From: Trichinella spiralis | Taxonomy: Eukaryota | Direction: 5' to 3' | Length of the DNA: 64,000 nucleotides | Assembly: GCF_000181795.1 (NCBI RefSeq) | Contig: NW_003526943.1 | Location: 8,535,472 to 8,599,471, forward strand | Shown here: positions 1 to 13,200 of the stretch, piece after piece | Layout of the letters: the number at the start of each line of letters is the position of its first letter | Numbering within the stretch: position 1 is the stretch's first letter | Program-made: the position numbers and the translations under genes | Notes under the pieces: model-generated | The model's input: the letters and a program-made list of their open reading frames with translations, nothing else | Database searches by the model: none | What the model was told of the DNA's origin: nothing

Positions 1-180
1 CTTTTTTTTCAAAATAAATAAAAATATTATAACTTTATCAAAATAATGATAAGAGTTTTTGATGAATGCTTCAACTTTGTTGCTATTTTTGAATATGCAA
101 ACCTACTTACAGCTTTCTTAGTTTTATTATTAATTGTGAAAAACTATTCAGATTATCAGAAAGCTAGTTGTAATTTGAAA

Positions 181-246
181 TAAATAAATAAATATAAATA
201 AATAAATAAATATATATATATATATATATATTTATTTATTTATTTA
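181..246. repeat. Compound microsatellite (TAAA)n-(TA)n-(TTTA)n forming an inverted repeat
   Basis: Read directly: TAAA units, a central TA run, then TTTA units. Confidence 0.85.
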
Positions 247-1899
247 AGACAGCATTCAAATTCTCTATTTGCGAAATCTCAAACATAGCCAGAGTGGTGC
301 TAATAAATCAAATCATAGCTTTCTTTTTTCATTGATCTAATTTGTGCAGTGCTTTGAAATGTTCATTTTTAGTCAATATATTTGTGCTTAAAAGCAGCAA
401 CACATCAACAAATGCAAATAACAGATGCTGTTGTATAATTTATCAACTATACTTTTCACTTGATTATTCTTCCAATCTCAGTAACAGACTACTAATGATT
501 ATGATGAATGTGTAACGGAAAAGGTATTTTAGGTGTTTTTTAAATTAAAAATTTCTTTAAAAAATTCAATTTCCACTATTTTCAAAATTGCAATTCAATT
601 TTAAAGCATTTTGTCAACAAGTTCAAATGTTTAAATTTAAATAAATGAAATGTGAACAATTCATTAACTGTTGAAAATGATACGGCAATGAAATAAAACT
701 GAATTTAATTATCATGGTTTATTGTATTAACAGTTTAATATGTTTATATTTCATTACATTTATAACAGTATTGAATATCATCGAAGTGATTCTGAATTTA
801 CCAAATCAAATTGCAAACGATGCGTCATGACTATTAATTACTACATAACGTTAAATAATACCCTATTGAACTGAAATAAATTCGGCTATGCATTGTAGCA
901 TTTATTTGTACTGCTTTCGGTTTGACAAATATTTTATAGTTAAAATTAAATTTTAATTCTTATTTAGAATTAATCTAACTTTTAATTCATTTTAGAGAGA
1001 TAAATGAGACAACCTATTATATGCATGTATATTTTATTTTTAATTATAATAAGAAAATAAATGAATGAATTCAATTCATCAGCGTATCTTCAGTGTAATT
1101 GAATAAACAAAATTCATGCCCAACATTAACAAGTGAAAAGTATCAGCTAAAAATTAGTAAGTTTGAATTTGAATTTTATTGCAAATGTATTTTGAAGAAA
1201 ATGAATTTTGGTTGCGAAAATATTTAATTTTCTATCAATACTTACCATAAGTATCATTTGAAAGCCGCTTGAAAAATTTCAATTATTTCGATTTTGCAAC
1301 TTTAATCCCTCATGCATAGTTTGCTGCATTTTTTTATTGTTCATAAAATATAATTTCAGCAAAACACACCAGAGATTTAAAATATATTTTAATTTTATTA
1401 TTCAATGATTTTCAACTTTTGCAATACACTTTGAAATTTTTTGTGCAATACCATTTTGCATATTTCTTTCACGTACGCGAGAAAAGAAATGTGAGAATGA
1501 AAAATCAATTCAAGGAAAAGTTCATTTTTCTTTGAAAGTAAAAATCTGTACAACTGTGACATTTATAATTCAATTTTTTCATAATGCCATGCAAATTACA
1601 ACTTCAAGTAAACAATCATATTTATTTAAGAAAATTTATTGAAAATTTAATAAATTTTTTAAAGTTGAAATTTTATAGTAAAAAATTTGTACTTTTCACG
1701 TATTCTCAGAGCAAAATACAGTAATTGAAATTTTAGGATAAAATATTTTAAAAAAAAAAGGAAAAAATAACTGGTAATAAAGTGAAATCACAGAGCTGTT
1801 GGTTCTGATTTGATTTGTTACGATTCTAATCAAACACATGCAACAAACATTAACAAATAATTAAAAGATTAATACAAAATGATGGGTGATCTTGTTTAC

Positions 1900-2058
1900 C
1901 AGGTTATTATATTTATGCTGATGTAGTTGTTGTAGCAGTTCACTTTCTTCAGTAGGAAGTAATTTGTAGACAAAGGAAGAAGCAGTTGACTGGCATGAAT
2001 CGTCGTCGTCTGCTTGAAATTCAGCTCTGTTCAGAGCTTTACTTGATGCTGTTAGCAT
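1900..2058 (-). CDS. Probable first coding exon (53 codons) of an unidentified gene continuing leftwards
   Basis: ATG at 2058, MLTASSKALNRAEFQADDDDS...HKYNNL, then a phase-0 donor CTG|GTAAAC at 1899. TATA-like TATATAAA on the minus strand near 2171-2178. Locally GC-richer than flanks. No family recognised and no downstream exon located. Confidence 0.4.
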
Positions 2059-4026
2059 TATCCCAAGCGCACAATTTCTTCATGTCCTGTGAAATCAATA
2101 AGAAAGCAACCCTTGCTGAAAATCCTATCGACTTTCCGATTACGTCGAAGTGAATCAGCAGCCTTTCTTCTTTATATAACACTGCAAATGTGAGCTTAAA
2201 ATGACAAACCCCTCATTTTTCTGTAAAATATTATTTATTGCTTTTTTTATTGTTATTATCATGCTCACGGACACTTTTTCTTGGTGCATTATTTTCATTT
2301 ATTCTGAACTTCAAATCAATTTTCTCTGATTCTCGACAGCTTGATGATAATGATTTTAAATTTACCATAGCATTTCAAACAATGTCTGTTAATTTTTTAA
2401 ATTATATGTAATTTTTAATCTGATCTCTCTTTAAATTTATAAAAGCTTTGTTCTCAGTTCAACAATATATTTCATTTCGCCTTTCTTCTCTGATCACCAT
2501 ATCCTATCCCAGGAAAGTGTTTTTTATTGTTTTTTTACACTTGTCCAGCACGACATGTAACAACGAATTTATCGATCGACTTGTTTTGCTCCTATCATAT
2601 CGACTTTAAAAAAATATTCAATACTTCTCAACAATTGTTGGTTTTAGAAATTAAAAATATACTTGAAAGCAAACTCTACAACAATGGAACCGCTTTTATT
2701 CCTTATAAGTTATAGTATGATAGAGGTTATTACTATATAAATTTTAAAATTTAATCATTGCTATCAGTGTGTGAGAGTTCAAGTTTCCCATGTACTGTCA
2801 TGAACATTTACTATTTTTATTGATAATATACTGATAAAATCATATAAAATGTGGTTCACTTTAATTATTTCGATATTTTGTTTAATCTTTAAGATTTTAT
2901 CTTCTAATAAACCGTTTCAAAGACTGCCAATAAAGTGGCGATATTAAATATGCATATTGCTAAATGGCAATCAAGAAAACGGCTCAAAATATGGATATTA
3001 ATTTCAGACTGACATTCAAAAGCAAAAAATTAGTATTGATTATGAAATAAAAGTAAATTGATTTTATTTCGTATATGTCTTGTAAGTTTCGTGCAATAAA
3101 GAAATTTTGAAAATTTTGAGTTGCTATTTTTGTAAATCCAGATACAATAATGGTAAAACCTTGCCCTCTGAAGAGCAGTGCATTAATGTTAGCGTTGTTA
3201 CGACATTTCTGGAAGCTTAAAGTTCGATATAATATACCTCTTTAATTTTTGCTTAAAGAAATAAATTTCAGTCATTTTTTGGCAAAATTTTATTTTTATT
3301 TCAATAAAAGTTACCGTTTTACAAGGGATATAAAAAATTAATATATTACTGTTAGATTTGACGTGTGTAAATCTACTTTATGTGAAATCAAATGTATAGA
3401 CGTTGTAACAAATAATTCAGTAATATATTTATTAATTTAAACCTAAAATTATATAAAAATAATTATTTAACAAATAATAAAATAATTAAATTTTATAAGA
3501 AAAATGTTTGTTATTTAAATGTTCTTGTTGCTTAAAAATGCATAAAATTAATACATACTTTTCACTTGAACTGTATGTGTTACCGTAAGATACTTAAATT
3601 TTATTTTGTATTGAAGATTTTGAATGCAGTTGCCAATGTTTTACATATTATTATTTTGAGTAGAACAACTTGTGGTAAGTATAAACTTGCAAAATTACAA
3701 TAATAAAACCTGCTTTTTATACAGTATATTTTGTACCTTTGAAGATAATGTTGATTTCGTTTGAAGATTTTATTTATCACTCTGCGAATTGTATGCATGG
3801 GATAAAGCTAGATGCCTTTTTGTCTAAGAATTCTACTGTAAAATGGTTTTAATTTTCGCTTTATTTTTTAGAACAGCTTTTTGAAATATAATGTTTTAAA
3901 TTTGTGAAGAACGCATTATGTAATCAAGTTTTGCAGAATGCTGTTTTTAAAATTTGGTTTTTATAATCCTTTATTAGAATATGCATAAAATTGTCTGTTA
4001 TTGTTTTTCAGAATGTGATTATTAAA

Positions 4027-5110
4027 ATGGGCAGGAAGAAAGAAAAGAAGTCAAAGAACAGGAAAATAAAGCTTCGTGTTAAGCTTAATCATTTGGAAGA
4101 TGGCACCGTTGCAACTGTTGAAAGTGCTACGTATGATGCATGATTTACCCATTGTTTTTACTGATCGTAGAGTTTTAGACGTGTTCTTCGATCCAACAAA
4201 AGTTCTTCAAACAGTTTTAAATCATTAAAAGATGGTTCTAAGAAAAGAAAAAGGAAAAGGAATCAAAGTGAGCTATTTGTTTATTAACTTTTTAAAGCAT
4301 GCTTTTACTTTTCATATCCTGTTTAACTTTAAATTGTATTTTTTTTCTATTATTGCTTGTGAAATAATTGTGGGTACATGTCGTCGGCGTGTTTTGCATT
4401 TTTGTAGGCGCTTTGTATAGATTAATAATTAGCGTTATTTTATCAATATTATTTTGCAAGTGTTAAGTTTAAGTATTTTCATATTTAAAGTGTTGAAAAG
4501 GTTTTTGAAATATTTTCTTATTTTATTTTTCAGAGCAGCTGCAAATACATGATGATAGGGATCAGGAACATTATGGTAATGAATTTGAAGAAGAAGAAGA
4601 ACCGTTGACTTTGATTCCATTTTGTAAATGGAACGAGGAAACCAGAGAATTCAGTGAGGTTGTCACTGCAGAGGAATTATTTCCATTAAATTTTGAAAAG
4701 CCTACTCGACCAATTGTCGGATTTTCAATATTTGATGTTCAAAAATTGACATACCTTCCATCGCCTGAAAATTTCAAAATAAAGGAATTAATTAAAGATG
4801 TTAAATCAAGAAATTCAAGAAAAGTTAACATTGCAAAGACAAAGAGAAGTAAAGCGGGCAGATCTAAAGTTGAAGTAAAAGGGGCTAAAGGATCTGCAGT
4901 ACCAAAAGCCAAGGCACAGTTGGTATCGCAGGGTGAAGTTTCCAGTCGTGGTCGTCCAATCAAACGCACTTTCAACTACGTAGCTGATGCAAATAATTCA
5001 GAGGAAGAATTGGCACCGAATGATGAAGATTACATCGATAGTGATCAGTGTAAGCGAATTTATGATAATTATTTATCATATCTTTTTTTGTTTCAGTTGT
5101 TGAACAATGA
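4027..5110 (+). CDS. Uncharacterised Lys/Arg-rich, probably nuclear protein; exons 4027-4130, 4179-4267, 4534-5049, 5097-5110
   Basis: GT-AG introns of 48, 266 and 47 nt give one continuous frame: MGRKKEKKSKNRKIKLRVK...KKRKRKRNQK...EEEEEPLTLIPF...SSRGRPIKR...DYIDSDQFVEQ*. Has NLS-like basic runs and an RGRP (AT-hook core) motif. The last exon is least certain. Confidence 0.7.
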
Positions 5111-8065
5111 GAACTATGTCTATTTTTAAACTAAAGCTAAATGTTGCATAGGTTAAATGGAGAATATTTGTATTGATTTCTCATTTAAAACTGAAGCAAT
5201 AAACCATCATAGAAAATTGTAAAAATATTTTAATTAAGATAAAATTTACATTTGAATGTTTGAATTAATTGTATACTGTTTGTTTAAATTGGTAAATGGA
5301 AACGTTAAAAATTAAGATGCAAATAGGAAACTTATACCTGATGATTAATTAATAAGTAGTATAAAATGTAATTAATTTTTAATTGAAAATTTATCTTAAA
5401 ATTGTACAATAGTAATATTTGAATGCTTAAGCTACGGTGGTGTCAGAAGAAGAACTGGATGAGTAAACATTTTTCTGAATCGAAAGAATTTGGCAGCTTG
5501 CACGTTGAAATGAAAATGCATTTTTGCATATGGTTTGGAGAAAGAAAATAATAATACAAAAGGAAACGGTTTGATTGGAAAAATATTCGAAATTTTTAGT
5601 TGAAGATTGTATTTATTAAAGATCGATTAATCAGTGAGTTGGAATAAATGGCTTTGAAGTTATCATTGGCAAATAATTGTTTTCGTGTTAAATTATTTCA
5701 TTCGGGAAATTTAATTTGAATTCGATGCATATAAACAAAATATGAACATGAAAGAAACAGTGCACATTTTTGTGTTTTGATTCAATATTATTATATTTGG
5801 TAAGAACTGAAATAAACATTGAAAATTGCGTTGAAATTTTTATCAATATTGACAGTACAATAAGTAAGAGAAGAAAATGAAATTATCGCATGTTTGTGTA
5901 TGAAAAGTCGAAAGAAATGCATTTCTTAATGCAATAATTAATTTTTTGGAAATAAAATTATTAAGTCACGCAATATTTTGCGACCGTTTTGTTGGGATAG
6001 TTTTTATTTAAATATTTCGTAATTGCAAACTTTTTCTGAACAAATAATTGTTGTGAAAATGTTAATAATTTTCAGAGTTGTTGTAAATGAGTTCATTTAT
6101 TGCTGTTGAAGTGAATGATAATCGACTGAAAAATGAAGGTAAATTTTCTAAGTTTTTCCCATGCATAATTATGAATTAATATTATTTTATTTTTTGTTGT
6201 ATAATTTTTTGCAATTGTTATTTATTATATAATAATATATGGAGTAGAAAATGCAGAATTTTGTAATTTGAAATTTGCAAAGTTTCTTCACGTATGTGTG
6301 TATAATAGTAGGTAATGAATGGTTATGATGTTGTTATATTTAATTTTGTGTAATGTGCAGTGAGTGAAAATATTATTATAATCAGTGAAAGTATGAAGGA
6401 TATACTTTTTCACATAAAAAAGAAACATGAGAATAAAATTCAAGTTTAGAATTATTGAAATTAAATAATAATGATTAATAATGCAACATTGTCGGTTTGT
6501 GTAGTTCAATTTTCTTTTGGATAGATATAATCCAATAGTGAAGCCAATAACAAGTGTGAATTACAAATCTATTTGTTTTAGTGTTCAGAGAATCGCGCTT
6601 CTACTAATTGAATAAAATCTATCTTTTGTCTGAATACATCAGTTTTCTCTCTTCTTGATTCTGTTTCTCTTATTTGTTTCTTACCAATAGTGCACAAATA
6701 TACAATCTTCATTTGAGGGAGGAGAATGAACACATTCAACCACAGGATGTCTCGATTCTCAAAAAAGTTCTCACTTCAAGCTGTACTGGTATTAAGTATT
6801 TTTATTATTTTTCTTTCATTGCATACTGTTTACTGTAAAAATTAAACAGTTATAATTTTTCAAAATTACATATGCAATATTTGTGATACATACATAAGGG
6901 TGCAAATTATATAAATGATTCTTATCGTTTTATTGACTAACAACCATTTTTCTGCTTTTTCTTGAAATGTATTATTTTCTTCAAATTGAAATTTTAATAC
7001 TAATAACAAATTTTCAAATTAGTTTCTGCAACACAAACAAATTTCAGAAGATTTTAATTTTATCAATTTTTGGAGCTTTTATCTCAATACACTTTTGTTT
7101 CACTACTTTCAAATCGTACAATGATTTATCAGACGAAAATCAAATAAAATTGCAAAAATGTTTTCATTTAAATTTTTGTAAATTTCTGTAAGATTGCTTT
7201 TTATCAATAATGAAAACAAATCTGCACAATTTGCTACTTAAATTTGATTACTTGATTTGCATTTTAAATTTGTTTTTTTAAAGTATGTTGTCAGCGATAT
7301 TTTTTTGCCTTCTAATTATATTTAAATTACACTTTAAATAGAGGTTATGTTGTGAAAAATAGTTGTACATTTCATGAATGCATTTCTAAACACAGAAAGT
7401 ACTGTAAACGTTTCAATTTAGAGTTTGATCTTCACACATTGCTATTAATTTTTTTCATTTAATCTCAATGTTTTCTTCTTTCAAATGAAAATTTAAACTT
7501 ATTTGCCTATTCATTGCATCAAGCAATGTAACTGCTTGTAGATTTAATACTACAGTTTTAAATAAATTGTGACAAAATGGAATATAAAAGCAATACAATG
7601 GTATTTTTCAACAGATATCAATTCAACTCTATAATAACGTGATTAATAATAATAATAATGTTGAATACTTTTTATAATTTAGTAACTGTGAACTGATAAA
7701 AGACATTTGGAATGTGCATTTTCAGGTTTATTGATTTTATTACTACTGTCTTTGCATGTTTCATCAGAAAATGCTTTCTGAGTCAACCGACCGTCGACTT
7801 ATTGGTTTTTTTTGATAAATTCGTAAAAGTTTCCGTTTCACTGCTAATTTTAGTGTAACATATGACCCATTCGATAATCGCTTTGATTGCCTGAATGATT
7901 AGAAATTTGAAGCGAATGAAAATAATTTAATCTTTTATGCAAAATAGTATAATATACAAGATTAAGCAGTAAGCTTTTTTCTTTGTCACGATGAATTTAA
8001 GAAACTGAGAAGAATGTCTTCACGTTGCAGTACATCAGCAAGACAGGCAACTTTTTCATCGGTGA

Positions 8066-8084
8066 TATATATATATATATATAT
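8066..8084. repeat. (TA)n microsatellite
   Basis: Direct reading. Confidence 0.8.
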
Positions 8085-10175
8085 AGAAATACCAATTCAC
8101 TTTTATTACTGTTTCTCTTGTTCATGCAATGATTCCTAATTTTATTCAACAAATCAACATATGTTACAATGTTGTATGCGGTCTGTTTTGGAGATATTTT
8201 TATGGTAATTTATTGTTTTTATTTGTTATAATTTATTGCATGCTTTTATGCAATTATCAATTTATCAACCAAAGCTTAAAGTACAACTTTTGAAATTTTA
8301 TTTTTCAAAGAAGAAAAGTGAAATTAAATTTTAAGCTCTTTATTCATTAAAATGAAATAGAAAAGCAAAAGCAAAACTATTCATTTGTAGTTGGTGATGA
8401 TAAAAAATAAATGATCATTTCAGCCGATGCTCTTTCACAAGAGAACATTTCGCTTTTATTTATAAGCAGAATGATGGAAATATGGAAAATAGAAAAAGGA
8501 ATTTTTGTATTTTGTATCAAAATTTATGTATCAGATTGAGTAAAAAATTTCAGATGTATTGTGCATAATTCTTCAATTTATAAAACTGAGAAGAATGTTT
8601 TTTCTGGCAAATTTGGATTTTTCTGGTATATGTGTGTGTGTTTGCATAGTTTGTGTTGCAAGCTTATTGCTAATATTTCACATGAGCAGAGAGATAATCA
8701 GAGCAGCAATGACGACATATAATTGCTTCAGGATTCGCACCTGCTGTCAATGGTAGTCGAAGAATGTACACTGATCGAGCAGTTCAGCCAATAGTATCAA
8801 GCCGTCGAATGCTAATGATTAAATTTCAGTTTTCAGTCTAGTCTTGGTTCTTAGAGAGCTTCTCTTTTGACATATTCAATATCCTAGTTGCTGTCTATCT
8901 TCTCATCTGCATTCCATTTGCTGTTTTCATTTCAGCAAATCAGTGTCTTCTGAAAAGCTGACAAAAATTGCTCCATCAGGCTAATTCATGGCGCGACTTT
9001 TCAATTTGGCCTACCATGTCAAAGAATCAATCATTATTTGGAAACAATGCAGCAGCACCAAAATAAGGCAAGCCGTGATTTGTTCATCCTTCTTCCCACT
9101 TGCTCACTTTTTGCAGATTGTGATCGCCGATTTTCATTGAGTTTCATTTAAAATTTCTTTTCTTTATTCATCTCAAAACTGAACAACAATGCCCATTTCC
9201 ACTAATTTTGATTCCATTCTGTATTTCAACTAATTTTCATATTTGCATCATCCAAAATTAATTCATAATAGTTGCACTTTCTTTATTTAAAACAAATATA
9301 GCACAAATAATTTCTAATTATAGCGTTCAACTTGATAGCAATTGGATTAGGCTTTTCGTGCTTTTTCATAATTGTGCTTTTGTGACTCTATTTCCTTTCT
9401 TGCATTTTCTTTCCAATGAATAAACGAAATAATTCTCAAAGTCTCCATAATCAAATAATCTGCTTCTCAGATATCTTTTTTTATTGGCCATTTAACTTAT
9501 CCATTTTGTTTGTTTTCACCGAAATGATTTTAAAAACATTTTTTTCTTCCTCCACTTTTATAAACATCATACATAAATAGATTTCAGATGAAATTTATCT
9601 TTTATACTTTTATAAGAAATGAAATTTTCCATTTTTAATTATTTTAATTTCACTGAAATTTGAGGGAATATTTTCGATCAATTTAGAATATTAAATGAGA
9701 TAATGTAATTAAATTGAAATAAGAAGATTCAATTTTTACTGAAAGTATATTCTAATAATTTTAACATTAATGCTTTTTAAAAAGATTGCATACTTTATTC
9801 ATCACACGTTCACTTTATTCATGTTCAGCTGGAAAAAGTCTAGAAATTTTGCTCTCTCTACTAAAAGTGAATGGAAAAGTTTTCTTTTTTATATCACTGC
9901 TAATGGTAATGGAGGTAGGAGCTGATTAAGTTTGCATATGACTGCAAACATGTGCTGCAATGTATTAATGATAAGCGTTGTATAATTTAAATCCAACCCT
10001 TTTATACTGAGCAACAGAGTTCTCTGCACGTTCATGCTAGATCATATGAAATTTTTGTGTATAGTTTCATACTTATACAAAAACAGCAATACAGTATATC
10101 TATTAATAACGTTACGATACGGTTGCTTTATTAATTTATCATTATTTGTATAAGCAATATTTAAAATCAGTGAGG

Positions 10176-10213
10176 TATCTAAAATTATCTATCTAAAATT
10201 ATCTATCTAAAAT
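10176..10213. repeat. Short tandem repeat, about 2.5 copies of TATCTAAAATTATC
   Basis: tatctaaaattatc-tatctaaaattatc-tatctaaaat seen directly. Confidence 0.75.
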
Positions 10214-13200
10214 TTCTTTTAAACTTTTAATAAATATAATAAAAAGTGATTAATTGCGTTATGGAGCATCTTCCTAATACTTTCAGAAATGATTTTTAAC
10301 CTGTAAATTGATATAAGCAAGTCCATTTTAATAAGAATGCAAACAAATATTCAAAAAGTTTTATTCCATTTTCTGTTGAGCTCATCTACATGAAAAATTA
10401 ATCCATTTTTGTTAAGCGCAATGTTCAGTACAATTACAGTATGGTTATTTACATAGAAGTTCACATTTCTTGTCCAGTATATGATACAAACACAAAGATC
10501 AGCAGTTTGATTACAAAACTTTTCATTTGATTACTTTCTTAAGTGTCATAAAAATTGCAATTAACATTTCAAATAGTATAATTTTATACATAAAAAATAG
10601 TAAACAAGTTTTGAAATGACATTCAGTTCATAAAGTTTTTAATTAAATCAGTATTATGCATTTACATAAGCAAGTCACAACAATTGTAGAATTTTTTAAT
10701 AATCTACTTTCTTTTTAATTATTCTTTGTATTTTGTTATGAATTATGAAGCATTTTTAATTTTTAGACATTCTGATTTTAAAATTAATTTCATTTTTCCT
10801 GTCTTTAATTTTTGTACTACAACCCTGAGAGATGTAAATAAGCTATTTTTATTTAATTTTTGTACTGTATAAAAATTACTGTATAAGAGTTTTCAGATGT
10901 ATATCGCACAGTTAAGTTTTGATTCTGACATGGCATGAAGTGTTAGATTTTTATATCTTTTATTTTGTAAGCTGTGCAGAACAGTTTGTCCTTTTCAAAA
11001 TTATATTTTTATTTTTTTATATTTCATAAAGATGTATGGCTAAAAATATGATATTTCTGTGAAGTTAACTACTGTCATAAGTAAAACCTGGTCAGTTTCT
11101 GCTGAAATTTCACTTTTGTTCTAGAAGTGTTCATATTCAGAATTTTAAATTCATGTCAATTATAAAAAAGTGAATTATTATGTTAAAGTAATTTCAATAA
11201 AAGTTTTGCTTTTCAATGATTTTTACCTTTCATTTCAATGACAGAACAATTTTTAAATATTTTTTAGTGTTTGAAACATATTAAATTAAACAAAAGCATA
11301 AACAAATATACTAAACATTTATGTAATAAAATGAAAGAGTAAAATTGATCTCTTTATATCAATAAAGCAAAGATTACATTTAAACAATTAGTAATACTTA
11401 GCTTCTAAAGATGATACGTTTTTCAATTAACATCCATTGATCTAAATGCAGTAAAAAAGATAATAATTGATAGTAATATATTCATTATTATTAAAATAAT
11501 ACCGTAATAAACATATTGGTATTTCAAATAAAAATAAGATGCCTATGACAATGAATGGTTGTTATCTTAGATTTATTAGATCCATAGTGGCCAGCAAATG
11601 TATAGCTTTAATTATACTATTCATATGCATATACATAATACGTGATGATTTATGCAGTGCATTTTATTCTTGTTTATGCAATGCATTCTATAAGAGTGCA
11701 TTTATGCAGATAGATAATTCAATCCACTTTTCCTTGAAAATCATTCAGTAAGAAAGCTGACTTTAATATTTATGCAAATGCAAAGATCATTAAGACTCTC
11801 ATATTGCAGTGCGTTAATTACAAGCAGATTGATTTTATGGTTCATTTTTTGATAATTTACAAAAACTTTATTTATTCTAAACCAATAGAAATTTTAATGT
11901 AATGTTAATTTAATTGTATTATATACATTGCAGGTGAGAATAATAATGTTTATCATTTTAGATGAGTACGTCCTACTTTGGTTGAGGTTCTCATATACCT
12001 GTACAATTAAAGGGAAGTTGTGGAATTTTATAAAAGAAATTGAACATAATAATCCGGTACAAGCAAAATGAGCGAGATAATGGTTAGAAAAGTGAAGAAA
12101 CAACGAAATGTTCACTTCAAACAAATAAATAAAGCTGACTATATTGATCAGGGTGAGTAATGCATATGAGTGATTTGTTATTCTATTTCACTGACTGTTT
12201 ATTGATTTCCGTAATTTTACGCAAAATCCAATGATTTCAAATTTTATTAGTTATTTTCTGTAATTTTAAATTTCTTTTAACTGCAATTGTATATTTTGAG
12301 CACATGCGTATGTGTTTGCATATTTCAGTTTTTATCAAATTTATTTATGTTCATGGAGGGGGAATTATTAAATTTTAACTGAAATAACGCCAAGATTATA
12401 TTGGAAGATTAAAAATTACACAGATTTTGCGAAATATTTAAATTATATAAAAGCACTAGATTTTGTAAATCTACAATTTGTGCATCCTCTTTTATTTGCT
12501 AAGTTCGTCAGATTAAGACTTGTTGGATTTGATAATTCAGAGATTTTAATGATCCTGCTGAGCTGTAAATTTGTGGCACTTGTTTCATAACTTCCGCTGC
12601 CAGCAAGGGACAAAGGAGAACTTCAACTCCTCCACTTAAAAGGCGGTGTGATGCGTCTCAATGATGACAGTGACTTTTTAATTGATGTCCGTTAAATGTC
12701 TCGCTTTTCCTTCATTCAATGATGCACCGCAGGCTTTTCTCAAATTTGGCTATTGAATCGCATCTGATGGAAATGCAGGATTAGAATTGTTTATCAAAAG
12801 TCGGCTAAATGGCTTTCTTCAGATCAGGTTCTTTGCTTAATTGTTTCTTTGATCCAAATGTTTCAGGTATTTTTTTATTAGTCTAATTATATTTGTTATG
12901 AAATTATCTTTTATGCCAATTTTTATGAAAATTTAAATTTGTAATTCTTTCATCATACTTTTGAAAAAAGAAGAAAATTATCAACTCATTGATCAATGAA
13001 TCCGCATAAATATAGTTATTGAAATGAAATATTTTCGTAGTATTTTATAGAAAAAGTTTCTGTAAAATGAACTAGATTTGGCCTATGTTTTGCTTCATTT
13101 GTTTCAATAATTAGATATATTCTAACTTACAAACATGAAATGCAAATTTTTTCAAACTTATAACTTTCCAGCTGTACAGTATCACACAAAAAGGGCATTC

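Noticed and set aside
488..523. 36-nt AG...GT-bounded micro-exon candidate (TTNDYDECVTEK)
   Set aside because: No partner exons identifiable in the window; could arise by chance.
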